Shown in pieces: positions 16,363 through 26,452 of a stretch of 64,000 nucleotides of DNA (position 1 is the first letter of the stretch; every line of letters starts with the position of its first letter). This DNA is from Candidatus Uhrbacteria bacterium RIFCSPLOWO2_01_FULL_47_17 (lineage in GTDB: Bacteria > Patescibacteriota > Patescibacteriia > UBA9934 > GWF2-40-263): the NCBI GenBank assembly GCA_001791305.1, contig MGEI01000004.1, forward strand, positions 61,101-125,100, in the 5' to 3' direction. The notes beneath the pieces were generated by a model. The model was given only the letters and a program-made list of their open reading frames with translations, ran no database searches and had not been told where the DNA came from. The position numbers were made by a program, and so were the translations under genes.

Positions 16363-17253
16363 ATGTCAGAATTTCGAAGGTCCGAAGGACGAGATGTTGT
16401 TATGCATAAAAAGGTACAGTCGCTTGCGCCGGGAGAATCATCAAAGGAAGAACGTGAACTTGCCGCGGAACTTGTGCGAAGAGAGTTGATTGATTTTTAT
16501 CAAAAATTTGATCCAAATTATTTTTATTCGGACGAACAAGAAACAGGGAAGCAGCTCTATGAACAGATTCTTCAAAATTCAGCTCTTGTATCTGTCCTTG
16601 CCGGAGAAGCATCTGTTGGAACACTCGGAGATGAGGTCTGGGACATGTTGCAGGAACTCACAAGGAAAGAACAAAAATTCGGCGATGTTCTTTCGAAGGG
16701 CAATACGCTTGATGACCTGGAACCACTCCTTGAAGCCGCGCAGATTTCGGCGCTGTCTCCTGATCGTCGTGCGTATGTAGGAGGAAGAACGGTCAATCAT
16801 TTTTATCGTTTTCTTTTTCCTCAAAAATACGATCGCAAACTCGCTCATTTCGATCAAGAGAATTTGCATGCAGTTCCTGCATCATTTGCAAAAGATTTTT
16901 TGCAATACGTGGCGACCATGGAAGAACCAAATGAGGAAGATGCAGATAAAATTTCTCACATGATGAGCACGGAAGGATCGGACGTTTTTGTCTTCTGGAC
17001 GCTCGCTCCGTATATGCATGATGAACTCATGAGAGAAGGACACGACGCCAAACAATCCATGGAAAGAATTTTTGATTGGATTCGTGAAGGATTTGACCGT
17101 CAACAAGCGGGTGAAAATTACGTTTGTCATTTTCCCGCGGCTGAATTTGTGAGGACACGAGATCGATTTTCTGTTCTTGGATATGATGAACGTATGCCAT
17201 CCCATCTTTTGGCTCGATTAAATGCAAAGAAGGTGATTGAACATCTTGAGTGA
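16363..17253 (+). CDS. Hypothetical protein (start uncertain; must begin after tRNA-Trp)
   Basis: Long ORF with protein-like composition; no recognisable motifs. Confidence 0.4.
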   Translation: MSEFRRSEGRDVVMHKKVQSLAPGESSKEERELAAELVRRELIDFYQKFDPNYFYSDEQETGKQLYEQILQNSALVSVLAGEASVGTLGDEVWDMLQELTRKEQKFGDVLSKGNTLDDLEPLLEAAQISALSPDRRAYVGGRTVNHFYRFLFPQKYDRKLAHFDQENLHAVPASFAKDFLQYVATMEEPNEEDADKISHMMSTEGSDVFVFWTLAPYMHDELMREGHDAKQSMERIFDWIREGFDRQQAGENYVCHFPAAEFVRTRDRFSVLGYDERMPSHLLARLNAKKVIEHLE

Positions 17254-17312
17254 TCTTGACAGCCACTCTCTTTTTGGTACACTTTTCCATGCGTTCATAA
17301 AGGGGGTTTTTC

Positions 17313-18275
17313 ATGTTTAAGGATGTTCGTAAATTGGGAAAGAAAGCACGCAATGAAGTTTACGCGTGGCTTGGAACCATCGAATCGCTTTCGTACAAGG
17401 TTGATTGTATCACGGATCATATTCCGGAATATGCGCATCAGCATCTTTCTTTCGATCTTGGTACGTCTATTCCTGCTGCGTTGCGCGAAGGGCGTTTGCT
17501 TCTCCTGATTTTTCTTCGGACGAATGCATCTCTCGACGCTGGTTGGCATGTGCTTACCATTGACCGAGTCACCTGCCGAGTCGATCGATGGCTTTCTTCC
17601 GCGGAAGTTTTGAGGGATCCGAATGATGACTTTCCGTATCTCATCACCGTCGACGATGTGCGTCCGTCTCTTTCTGAAGCTCTTGAAGATCGCTCCGTGA
17701 TCCGCATCGTTCATTCGGCTGTTTCATTGTTGAGCCTTCCAATCGTTCTTGCGCGTTTTCCACTTGAGCGCGTGTATCGTACATGGTTTCAACATCGCCA
17801 AGAAGAGATCACTGCGTCGCAAGGGTACAGTCGTCGTTTTGCGTCCGTGGTCGCGTGCGTTGGTACACAACTCGACACCGAAACGCGTGCGGTTTTGCAA
17901 AAGTCCATGCTTGCGCTTTGGAAGTTTGAGCAATCCTTGAAACGTACCGTGGATGTAACAGAAGCGGAAACGGTTCTCATGCGTGCGGATGTGTGTGTGA
18001 CGCAGTCCAATAATCCGCTCGATTGGCAGCCATACGACCCGGGACCGCTTGTTGAATCCTGGGCGTGGACGGATCATGAGGGCGAAGTCATTGCGAGTGG
18101 ATGCGTGTATCAAGATCTTCAGGCGAAATCACTTGATGCAACAACAACACATTTGCGCGTCCTCGGTTCTTTTTTCGAAGGCGTAGATGCCGAGCAATTG
18201 TGCGCGTGTCATCACAAGAAAACCGTGATCGATAAGCGAAACGCATCCGTGCATCCGACAACCATTCAGGCTTAG
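17313..18275 (+). CDS. Hypothetical protein
   Basis: 320-aa ORF, AAAGGGGG SD-like 9 nt upstream; upstream TTGACA-N16-TACACT. Confidence 0.45.
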   Translation: MFKDVRKLGKKARNEVYAWLGTIESLSYKVDCITDHIPEYAHQHLSFDLGTSIPAALREGRLLLLIFLRTNASLDAGWHVLTIDRVTCRVDRWLSSAEVLRDPNDDFPYLITVDDVRPSLSEALEDRSVIRIVHSAVSLLSLPIVLARFPLERVYRTWFQHRQEEITASQGYSRRFASVVACVGTQLDTETRAVLQKSMLALWKFEQSLKRTVDVTEAETVLMRADVCVTQSNNPLDWQPYDPGPLVESWAWTDHEGEVIASGCVYQDLQAKSLDATTTHLRVLGSFFEGVDAEQLCACHHKKTVIDKRNASVHPTTIQA

Positions 18276-18494
18276 CCGCTCAAGAGATGAGCGGTTTTTT
18301 TGTTGGAAAATTATTTTTTCTCGAGATCACAGTTTTTTTTGTTTGTTTCTCGATTTGCGTTCGCGTTGAACGCGCGATCATTCCACCTTTTTTGACAGCT
18401 GTCGCGTTTTCTGCCAACCCCTGCGCATTGTCCGCACGAGCGATTTCCGTTGTCGTCGCTTCGGCAAGCGTATTTAAGACGAGCTCGAGTGTTG

Positions 18495-18872
18495 TCATGT
18501 GATCTCGTAAGTTCTGTTGTTTGAGTCCTTTGTGTGCGGCGAATATCCTTTTCTTAAATAGGTTTCCATGGCGCGATTGATGGATTTTTCAGGATCGTGT
18601 GTTTCCTCGATGCGTTCATAGCCAACCTGGGCCAACCATTGTTTGATGGGTTCAGCTTTTGGAGAATGAATGCTTTGTATAATACGAAGCATTGTTTCAA
18701 CATCCGTACATTCTGTTGGGTATTTTTTACCATCTTTAGCCTCAAACTTGAGCTTTACGATATTATCGTAAAGCTCAAAACCTTCTTCTTTTAGGCGGGT
18801 TTTAAGATCGTTCCAATAACGACTTGGGATACTACTTTCTGTAATAGCGCCAACAATATCAATGATACTCAA
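18495..18872 (-). CDS. DinD/antirepressor-like C-terminal domain protein lacking the Bro-N N-terminal domain (TTG start; possible gene remnant)
   Basis: …ECTDVETMLRIIQSIHSPKAEPIKQWLAQVGYERIEETHDPEKSINRAMETYLRKGYS resembles C-terminal half of DinD/Bro-N proteins; no ATG, frame opens right after recQ stop. Confidence 0.4.
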   Translation of the reverse strand: MSIIDIVGAITESSIPSRYWNDLKTRLKEEGFELYDNIVKLKFEAKDGKKYPTECTDVETMLRIIQSIHSPKAEPIKQWLAQVGYERIEETHDPEKSINRAMETYLRKGYSPHTKDSNNRTYEIT

Positions 18873-18924
18873 ATACCACCGCTCATTGATTGTATCCCAA
18901 TATCGGCGTACTTCTTTATTTTCT

Positions 18925-18959
18925 ACATCAACCGTACGAGAAAATCGTACGGTTGATGT
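18925..18959. terminator. Perfect 14-bp hairpin ACATCAACCGTACG-agaaaat-CGTACGGTTGATGT followed by TTTAAATTTT
   Basis: Exact inverted repeat between recQ stop and DinD-like fragment. Confidence 0.5.
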
Positions 18960-18977
18960 TTAAATTTTGGAATGAGT

Positions 18978-21131
18978 TTATAAAAACAATCGCGCAATTC
19001 TTAACTCCTCATACGTGTATTTCCCTTCAAGAATATTAAACACGGCCGTCAATAATTTTGTTGGTGAGGCTTGGAAGGCTTTTTCAATTTCGATAAATTG
19101 TTTTGCGGGTGGCTTTAGATGCATCACGTCGAGATCAGGATCTTCTTCGACTAATTTTAAAACATGTTGTACGACGGTACTTTTATTCAGCATGCGTTCT
19201 TTTGCTATTTGTTCGATATCAAATTTTTTTTCGAGAAGTTCCTTTGTTTTTTGAAACGTTGAACTCTCACGGCTTACGCTTGACGTACGCACATGCGGCG
19301 CATCGACATCCACTTCTTGTGTGCGTTCCGCAAGGTTGTGTGCCTTTGCATACACTTGTACGAGGAGCAAGAACTGTGTGCCGAATTGTTTCAGCTTGCG
19401 TTCGCCAACTCCAAAGATTTTGCCGAAGCTTGAAAGAGACCGCGGAAGATAATACGCGATTTCTTGCAACGTTTTGTCTCCAAAGATAACGAACGGCGGA
19501 ACGTTTTGTTCTTCCGCAATGGATCGACGGAGCGCACGCAGTTGCTCGAACAGCGCGGACTCATAAGGTAACACATTCTCGTTCGCGCCTTTTTTGGGTT
19601 GTATTGTGAGAGCAAAGGATTTTGGTTTCGGAAGCAGAATGGGTGTGCGATCGCGCAAACTGATCTTTCCGATCGTGCTCACGCCAATCGTGGGGAACTC
19701 ACCCATTTGTTTCACGAGATATTTTTTGACGAGCAACAAATCCACATACTCACGTAAACGATTCATGGGAACGTCTTTTGCGACGCCGTAGACCGAGAGT
19801 TGATCATGATGATTCTCAAGAATCTTTTTTTGTTTTGAACCTCGAAGCACGTCGCAAATGTATGCAAGTCCAAATCGTTCGCCGGTTCTGAGAACGGCAG
19901 AAAGAATTTTCTGCGCGACTTCTGTCGCATCATGAATTTCTTCCGGCTCGCTTGAGCAGTTGTCACATGTTCCGCAATTCTCGAGCTCAACAGGTTCGCC
20001 AAAATACTCGAGGAGGAATTTTCGTCTGCACGATCGGAGTTCTCCGTATTCAATCACTTGCGAAAGTTTTTTCTCGGCGAGTGCGCGTTCGCGATCGTCA
20101 TCAATTTGTTGAATAAAGAAATCCTGTTTGCGCTTGTCGCCATATGAGTAAAACAAAACACAATCGCTTGGTAAACTGTCGCGACCCGCACGTCCGGTTT
20201 CTTGGTAATACCCTTCGACGGTTTTTGGAAGATCCATGTGAACGACAAGTCGAACATCCGGCTTGTCGATTCCCATTCCGAATGCAATTGTTGCAACAAT
20301 GATCGAGACTTGATCGCGTATGAATCGCTCCTGAGTCCTCGAACGAACATCCGCCGAGAGACCTGCATGATAAGCTGCGGATGTAAATCCGGCTTTGTTT
20401 AAATCAACCGCGAGGGATTCTGTATCTTTTCGAGAAAAACAATAGATGATGATGGATTCGCCTTTATGTGCCTTCAGAAGCTCGATAAGCTGTCCGAACG
20501 ACTGGAGTTTCGGCTTCACGGTGTAATGAAGATTTGGTCGGTTGTGACTCGACAAGAACACAAATGCGTCCGGCATGTCGAGCTCGGCGAGAATATCTTT
20601 GCGCACGCGCATGGTGGCGGTTGCGGTGAGTGCAACGACGGGAACATTCGGAAATGATCGCTTCAACTCTTTGAGGTTTCGATATTCTGGACGGAAATCA
20701 TGCCCCCATTCGGAAATACAGTGAGCTTCATCAATCGCAAGCAAGCTCACGCGTAAAGATCGCAAAAACAACTGGAATTCCACGCGCGCGAGGCGCTCTG
20801 GAGCGATATACAAAATCTTCAGCGCGCCCGAGCGTGCTTCAGCTTGGATATCTTCGATCTCCGCTTGGTCAAGAGAACTGTTGAGGTACGCGGCATTAAT
20901 GCCGTTTGCTCGGAGCGTATCTACCTGATCTTTCATGAGCGCGATGAGTGGAGAGATCACAAGAGTGAGCCCTTCAAACATAAGCGCGGGCAATTGAAAA
21001 CACAAAGATTTCCCGCCACCCGTAGGCATGAGGACGAGCGTATTTTTCTTTTCAAGAATGTTTAAGATGATTTCCTTCTGCAATGGACGGAATTCATCGT
21101 AACCAAAATAGGTTTTTAATGTTTCATGCAT
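18978..21131 (-). CDS. recQ: ATP-dependent DNA helicase RecQ
   Basis: Walker [13 protein letters not shown] box ([17 protein letters not shown]), RecQ Zn-finger Cys cluster, WH and HRDC-like tail; 717 aa. Confidence 0.95.
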   Translation of the reverse strand: MHETLKTYFGYDEFRPLQKEIILNILEKKNTLVLMPTGGGKSLCFQLPALMFEGLTLVISPLIALMKDQVDTLRANGINAAYLNSSLDQAEIEDIQAEARSGALKILYIAPERLARVEFQLFLRSLRVSLLAIDEAHCISEWGHDFRPEYRNLKELKRSFPNVPVVALTATATMRVRKDILAELDMPDAFVFLSSHNRPNLHYTVKPKLQSFGQLIELLKAHKGESIIIYCFSRKDTESLAVDLNKAGFTSAAYHAGLSADVRSRTQERFIRDQVSIIVATIAFGMGIDKPDVRLVVHMDLPKTVEGYYQETGRAGRDSLPSDCVLFYSYGDKRKQDFFIQQIDDDRERALAEKKLSQVIEYGELRSCRRKFLLEYFGEPVELENCGTCDNCSSEPEEIHDATEVAQKILSAVLRTGERFGLAYICDVLRGSKQKKILENHHDQLSVYGVAKDVPMNRLREYVDLLLVKKYLVKQMGEFPTIGVSTIGKISLRDRTPILLPKPKSFALTIQPKKGANENVLPYESALFEQLRALRRSIAEEQNVPPFVIFGDKTLQEIAYYLPRSLSSFGKIFGVGERKLKQFGTQFLLLVQVYAKAHNLAERTQEVDVDAPHVRTSSVSRESSTFQKTKELLEKKFDIEQIAKERMLNKSTVVQHVLKLVEEDPDLDVMHLKPPAKQFIEIEKAFQASPTKLLTAVFNILEGKYTYEELRIARLFL

Positions 21132-21486
21132 AAAAAAATACGCCGGCAGTGACGCGTGGCGTTTTGTGAATCGCTTATAGAGTGAGTTTAGAAGTTTTTT
21201 TCTGTTTTGTCAAACGCGATTGGGGATAAAAAAATACACGAGGTTTACTTCGTGTATTTTTTTTGCATCGACGAATCGATTACGCAGCCGCTTCTTCTGT
21301 TGCTTCTGCTTCTGGAGCGGCTTCTGGTGCAGCTGTTTCTTCAACAACTTCTTCTGCATCGGTAGCGGCTACATCCTCTGTTGTTTCGTCTTGCATAAGG
21401 TTCTTTGCATGAATGAGGGTGCAAGTGTGTCATGGATGAAAGGATGTGTCAATGAAAAAACCACCCGAAGCCTTGGCGTAGGGTGG

Positions 21487-22827
21487 TTAGGGAATGGACT
21501 TCAAGGCTTCGTCGAACCGGTTGATGGCGGCGATGGTGATCGCCGGATCTTGGGCGTAGGAGAAGCGGATGAAGTTTGGTTGGAGAAACGGCGTGCCGTG
21601 GACGACCGCGATGCCATGCTCGCACGCGAGGTAGCTTCCGAGGTCTTTCACGGTTTCAATGTGTGTGGTTGTGTTTGCGAGCGCGCCATTGAAGAATTGA
21701 TCCGGGCGCAGTCCTCGCCCGAGCCATTTCGTCACGTCCACAAAGGCGTAGTAGCCTTGGTCGGCGATCGAGGTGTACCCGCGCGCGGTCATTTCACGGC
21801 GAAAGATGTTGCGACTCGCACTCGTGCGTTTCGTGATGCGTTTCACCCAAGGGTGATTGCGCACGTCCGAACTTGAGTAGACCTCGAGGGCACACGCTTC
21901 GCCCAGAACGTTCGGCAGAACGGTGTGCGAGGCGATGCCTTGGATGGTTTTTGCGAATTTTTCGTCACCGCATGCGAGATGTGCCATGCGCACATTGCTT
22001 GCACCGACGGACTTTGTGAGGCCATCGAGAAGCGTCACACATGCGCGATCTTCTGCAGAGAAGGATCCGAGAATTTCGGCCCAATCGTAGAGCGGGACAT
22101 CGTCGTCGATCACGAGTTGGTACATGAGATCGATGAGGATGTATTTGATGCCATGAAATCGTGCGCGCTCGATGAGCGTTTTGATTTCATTTGGCGAATA
22201 CCACGCACCTGTTGGATTGTCCGGAGTGGTGATGATGAGCGCATCGGCTGTGCCGCACAGGCCGAGGCATGCGGTGATGCCATCGGGCGTCATGCGCAGA
22301 TTCGTTTTGCTCTGAGCCGGAGCGCAAAGCAGATTGAATCCGTTTACATACGTCCCGTGGGCGTAGGAAACCCACGGTGCTGCGGATGTGACGACTGTGA
22401 GGCCGATTTTGCCGGTGAGCATGTGGATTGCCTGATACCACTTTTGAAGGGCATCACGACCGCCGTCTGTCACGAGAATGTTGTCGGGAGTCAGACCAAT
22501 TCGGTCGAGTTTCCAGAAATTCTCGAGCAGAGCCTGTCGAACACGCAGACTTCCGTTTGGAGATCCGTACGCCGTTGTTTGCGTGTTTGGCAAGAAGAGA
22601 ACGAGCGCGTTTGCAAGTTCGTCAGGACGAATCCCGCTGAGTGTTGCTCCGCCGTCACCTTGAGAGGCGTCATAGACGGGCGACTCTGGATGCTGTCGTG
22701 TGTACACCCCCAGTTCCGACTTGATGAGGAACATGTTCGAGATCGGGAGTTGCCGACGCATGGAGGCGACCGGTCGAATCAGTGCTTTCTCAGGGTCAAA
22801 CCAACGCGCGACTTGGGACATGAGCAT
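21487..22827 (-). CDS. Class I/II PLP-dependent aminotransferase
   Basis: LTKSVGASNVRMAHL matches the S-x-S-K…G-x-R PLP-lysine region; ~446 aa. Confidence 0.75.
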   Translation of the reverse strand: MLMSQVARWFDPEKALIRPVASMRRQLPISNMFLIKSELGVYTRQHPESPVYDASQGDGGATLSGIRPDELANALVLFLPNTQTTAYGSPNGSLRVRQALLENFWKLDRIGLTPDNILVTDGGRDALQKWYQAIHMLTGKIGLTVVTSAAPWVSYAHGTYVNGFNLLCAPAQSKTNLRMTPDGITACLGLCGTADALIITTPDNPTGAWYSPNEIKTLIERARFHGIKYILIDLMYQLVIDDDVPLYDWAEILGSFSAEDRACVTLLDGLTKSVGASNVRMAHLACGDEKFAKTIQGIASHTVLPNVLGEACALEVYSSSDVRNHPWVKRITKRTSASRNIFRREMTARGYTSIADQGYYAFVDVTKWLGRGLRPDQFFNGALANTTTHIETVKDLGSYLACEHGIAVVHGTPFLQPNFIRFSYAQDPAITIAAINRFDEALKSIP

Positions 22828-23055
22828 TTTCTTCCTTTGTCCTCATGAAATTGAGGCGGCGGTACTTTAAACTAAATGGGATGATTTGTCCAAATCAGCC
22901 AAGTGTTGTAAAACAATACTATTAATTCTCTGAATGTTTTTATGTTTGGAAAAAATGAATCAAAAACAAAAACAACACATGATAATTTAAGAAAAAAGGT
23001 GTTCAACATGTTTGATAGAATGAGGGGTGAGTGTTTTTTCAAAAAAGCCGCATAA

Positions 23056-23091
23056 AAAAGACTCCCCGTCGCCGAAAGGCTATGGGGAGTT
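23056..23091 (-). terminator. Rho-independent terminator closing the kinase-vWA-PK-like operon
   Basis: rc: ACTCCCCATAGCCTTTCGGCGACGGGGAGT then CTTTTTTAT, immediately after the 23092 stop. Confidence 0.6.
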
Positions 23092-24159
23092 TTAGGTATA
23101 AGCCTCTTCGAATACCCGAAAGGCATTGATGGCCGTGTTGAGGAGGTCCTTGTGAAGACAGAGTTCGTCACAAAGGAGAAAACGTTTGTAGCCGATCTCG
23201 GCGAGCCAAGCGAGCTCAGAGAAGTCAGCACAGGACGGGGTTGGGTCGTGAAAGATGCGCACGATCAGGTCGAGAAGGTTCGGATCCTGAGCATGCGCAT
23301 GAATAGCCTGTAGCGCGCGGAGTTTTTCCGGTGGCGGCATGGCGCGTGTTGCAATCGAGAGCAAGATTCGTGAACCTACGCAGGCTTCCGGGTCTTTTTT
23401 GATAATCAGCTTCACAGCCTTCAGAATATCGTGCGGTCGCTGCACTTCGATGAAGAGATCTCCACGAGCTGCCGCGAGTACCACACCATCCGTCTTTTTG
23501 AATGCATTCTCAACGAACCGCAATCCTTTTTCGTTTTCGATCTTGAGCCAGAGTTCCGCGTCTTGTCCGACGAGTTCTCGAAGTTGATCGACATCCGATT
23601 GGGATTCCGTGTAGGAGAGAAAAAATCGGGTGAACCCCGCACGTTTCGCCGCCTCAATCTTGCGAAGCTCGTGATCTGTGAACAGATTTCCGAGGACTTC
23701 GAGACTGGGGTGTCGAATATGCAGAGATTCACCGTGATTCACTTTGTATTTCGGGCCGAACGTTCGGCCGTCTTTGAAGATCAATCTTCGACCACCGTCT
23801 TCGATCCAATCCAGTGTTGCAAAGTCCGCACCGGCCTTGAAGGCAACAATGCGAGCGCTTGGATCACGCAGATCGATACGAATCGGATGGTTCAATATGA
23901 CTTCGAGGTGACCTTCGTGCTCGCGAGCTTCCTCGACGCGCAGTTGGCGACCTTTGACGTCGTAGAACAGGGGAACGGGCGCGTCACGAACTTGTAGGTT
24001 CGAGATCGCCGCTTCCAATTCTTCGATCGGAGCCGTGGCCGGATTCACCCGGATTCCGTCGAGACGCGCATCAATTGCGAACTCGGGGAAGTGGGCGAAT
24101 CCGGGCCACAGCGTTGCGATCAACTCAAATGAGTGATCCGACATCATTCCCCTCGTCAT
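23092..24159 (-). CDS. Minimal pyruvate-kinase-fold protein (PEP/pyruvate-binding TIM barrel with B-domain-like insert, no C-terminal regulatory domain)
   Basis: RVNPATA (cf. PK RLNFSHG), KGRQLRVEE (cf. KGPEIR), KIENEKG…DGVVLAAARGDLFIEV (cf. SKIENQEG…DGIMVARGDLGVEI), SIATRAM (cf. CATQMLESM); likely start at internal Met after GAGGGG (24144); overlaps vWA gene 3' end. Confidence 0.55.
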   Translation of the reverse strand: MTRGMMSDHSFELIATLWPGFAHFPEFAIDARLDGIRVNPATAPIEELEAAISNLQVRDAPVPLFYDVKGRQLRVEEAREHEGHLEVILNHPIRIDLRDPSARIVAFKAGADFATLDWIEDGGRRLIFKDGRTFGPKYKVNHGESLHIRHPSLEVLGNLFTDHELRKIEAAKRAGFTRFFLSYTESQSDVDQLRELVGQDAELWLKIENEKGLRFVENAFKKTDGVVLAAARGDLFIEVQRPHDILKAVKLIIKKDPEACVGSRILLSIATRAMPPPEKLRALQAIHAHAQDPNLLDLIVRIFHDPTPSCADFSELAWLAEIGYKRFLLCDELCLHKDLLNTAINAFRVFEEAYT

Positions 24160-25081
24160 CCAACCCGTGGGTGATCGAGCGGCCGTCGGAGACCGCGTTC
24201 GCGAAGATCGGCTTCAGCGCCGCCATGACGACACGCACTTGCTCGGGCGTCTGACGACTCTCAAGTTCGCGCTTGAACGCTTCGATCTTGCCGGAGTAAT
24301 GACCGAGAATGCCGAAGATCACGTCCACGATGCGGTTCTCATCCGGAAGCAGAGCAATGTGATCCGCGCCGATGAGATCTTCCCAAGTCTTCGTGATCCA
24401 TGCCTGATCGCTGCTGCTGTCATACGGCTTTTGGATGAGGTACACGGAGAATTTCCGTGTGAGCTCTGCGAACACTTCCTTCGTGGTCATCTTCTTGTCG
24501 ATTTTCACACGTGCAATATCACGCGCACGCGCGACCGTCACTTCATCATACGGCGCTTCGTCCGTGTTGAAGATCACAATCGGCTTGCGGCTTTGGTTTG
24601 GCACATGCACGTTGCGTGCGATGTAGAGTGCCGCGAGTTCGGAAGTCTCATGACCGCCGCCTCCGCCACCTTTCGTGTGAACCAGTTCGCCGAGCCGAAC
24701 TTCGTGTCCTGCTTTCCCGCGCGTGAATTCACGCACTTGGAGCGGATACCGCTCGTTGTGCATTGCGTCACCGAATGCGCAGAATGCGACGTCTGTATCT
24801 TCGGAAAGATACATCGTGCGCAGTTCGTGATCTAGGTACAAGGCTTTCGTGCGTACCGTGATCGGCCAGCTCGACATCGAACCAGTCATGTCGTTTACGA
24901 GCAGGAGAGCGTTCTCTGCCGCGGTCGTGATGGATTCCGGGAGCAAATCCCAATCCTTCGTGCCTTTCTGTTCCGCTTCCGCATAGCTGCGATTTGCATC
25001 ATGCGTGTACGTTGCGCGGGCCCGCGGCGGATCATAGTCCGGCATCCAGCTTGAACCTTTGTAGTTAGATGATTCACTCAT
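24125..25081 (-). CDS. von Willebrand factor type A (vWA, MIDAS) domain protein, TerY-like
   Basis: MIDAS motif LLVNDMTGSMSS; ~318 aa; ATG overlaps kinase TGA (ATGA) with AGGAG SD inside kinase 3' end. Confidence 0.7.
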   Translation of the reverse strand: MSESSNYKGSSWMPDYDPPRARATYTHDANRSYAEAEQKGTKDWDLLPESITTAAENALLLVNDMTGSMSSWPITVRTKALYLDHELRTMYLSEDTDVAFCAFGDAMHNERYPLQVREFTRGKAGHEVRLGELVHTKGGGGGGHETSELAALYIARNVHVPNQSRKPIVIFNTDEAPYDEVTVARARDIARVKIDKKMTTKEVFAELTRKFSVYLIQKPYDSSSDQAWITKTWEDLIGADHIALLPDENRIVDVIFGILGHYSGKIEAFKRELESRQTPEQVRVVMAALKPIFANAVSDGRSITHGLDDEGNDVGSLI

Positions 25082-26355
25082 GGCACACTCCTGATCGGGT
25101 TTTCACCCGGGTTGAACAACTCACGGCCAAACGTTTTGCGCCGCAAGCTGCGTGTAAAATCGAACAGTCGATCCGCGTACTGCGGGCGATGTTCGATCTT
25201 CTTTTCGATCAATCGCTTGATCAGATCGGAAAGAACAGGGGGAACATGATCGGGGAAATGATCTTCGTCCACCGCACTCATGTTTCCACCGTTCAACAGA
25301 TACAACGCAACTTTTCCAAGCGCGTAGATATCCATCTGACGAATCGGCGGCTCACCACGTACTTGCTCAAGCGGAGCGAAGTGGTCGGTGTAGCCAAGCG
25401 AACTCGATGCATCCGTCGGCTTCACACTCGCAAGACCAAAGTCCACGAGCGAAACCGCATACGTCTGTTCGTTCACAATGATGTTCTGCGGCTTCAGATC
25501 GCTGTGGATTACACCGTGTACATGCAAGTATTGCAAGATGTTCATCAAGCGTTCAAGAATCCATGCAACGCTTTCCGGATGGATCGCGCCGTCACGTTTC
25601 ACAATCGCTTCGAGCGTCTCGCCTGGAATGTAGCTCATCACGATCGCGAGCGTTCCGTCTTCAAGACGAATCACACGACGAATCGCGGGAATGCCATGAT
25701 GACGCAGATCCCACATCTTGCGCGCTTCGTCGAGCAGATTGGCTTGGCGTGCAGCGTTCAGTTTGGAGCAGTGCTTTACACAAACGGGTTTCTCGACTGT
25801 GAGATCCGTTGCAAGATAGGTGCGACCAATCGCGCCTTCTGCAATGAATTTCTCAATCTGATACTCGCCACCAATGATGCGCTTTGCGGCATCTTTGGGT
25901 TTTGCGGGTGCCGCGTCGATTGTTTTCGTTGGGATGTGGTCGCAGTAGAGACAGGCGTTGCCTGGATCATCTGTGCGAATGACACCACCGCGTTCATAGA
26001 TAGGGAACTCACCACAGCGCTTGTTTTCACAAGGCTCGGTTTGTTCCATAATCTGCGCAATCATATTGACCACGCGCAAAACTTGCACACTCGGAACATT
26101 GATTCCAGTCGCTTGCACCGCACGCGTAAACGCTTCGGTATTTGCGAGGTCGAAAATGTCGCCGAAGGTAAAGGTCTTCAAGGCTCGTTCACCAAGAGCG
26201 TGAACCAGAATTTCGTTTGTGTCTCGAGAGGATGTCTCAAGAACACGTGAAATGAGTTTCTCAAGCGCCTTTCGCTTGTAATCCGGCACTTCTCTTGTGC
26301 GCGCGAGTTCATTTGGACTGAAGTCTCCGGGCATCTGTTCTCCTATTTGTTCCAT
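25078..26355 (-). CDS. Hanks-type Ser/Thr protein kinase with N-terminal ~160-aa helical + zinc-ribbon region
   Basis: Gly loop AEGAIGRTY, VCVKH lysine, catalytic loop HSDLKPQNIIV (non-RD), DFGLA, APLE; N-terminus CENKRC…CLYCDH. Confidence 0.85.
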   Translation of the reverse strand: MEQIGEQMPGDFSPNELARTREVPDYKRKALEKLISRVLETSSRDTNEILVHALGERALKTFTFGDIFDLANTEAFTRAVQATGINVPSVQVLRVVNMIAQIMEQTEPCENKRCGEFPIYERGGVIRTDDPGNACLYCDHIPTKTIDAAPAKPKDAAKRIIGGEYQIEKFIAEGAIGRTYLATDLTVEKPVCVKHCSKLNAARQANLLDEARKMWDLRHHGIPAIRRVIRLEDGTLAIVMSYIPGETLEAIVKRDGAIHPESVAWILERLMNILQYLHVHGVIHSDLKPQNIIVNEQTYAVSLVDFGLASVKPTDASSSLGYTDHFAPLEQVRGEPPIRQMDIYALGKVALYLLNGGNMSAVDEDHFPDHVPPVLSDLIKRLIEKKIEHRPQYADRLFDFTRSLRRKTFGRELFNPGENPIRSVP

Positions 26356-26419
26356 TTGAAAGGAACTGGCCTTATCTTACGTATTTTCGGCTTTGCGTCA
26401 AATGGTGTGTGTTGTCGAA

Positions 26420-26452
26420 AAGAAAAACAAAACTCCCATTACGGGAGTTTTT
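26420..26452 (-). terminator. rlmN terminator overlapping its stop codon (AAACTCCC-GTAA-TGGGAGTTT + U-run on minus strand)
   Basis: Hairpin 26429-26450, then TGTTTTTCTTTTCG on minus strand. Confidence 0.55.

Noticed and set aside
21220-21876. 218-aa plus-strand ORF between recQ and the aminotransferase, and a possible 38-codon acidic minus-strand ORF (~21270-21386)
   Set aside because: The plus-strand ORF overlaps the aminotransferase 3' end and is Cys/Phe-rich nonsense. The acidic mini-ORF has only a weak AAAGAA SD and low-complexity Glu/Ala content, so it was not called.
22850-23090. 119-aa minus-strand ORF 22872..23231 in the AT-rich spacer
   Set aside because: It is low-complexity, AT-rich and overlaps the PK-like gene's terminator; the region is more likely promoter/terminator space.
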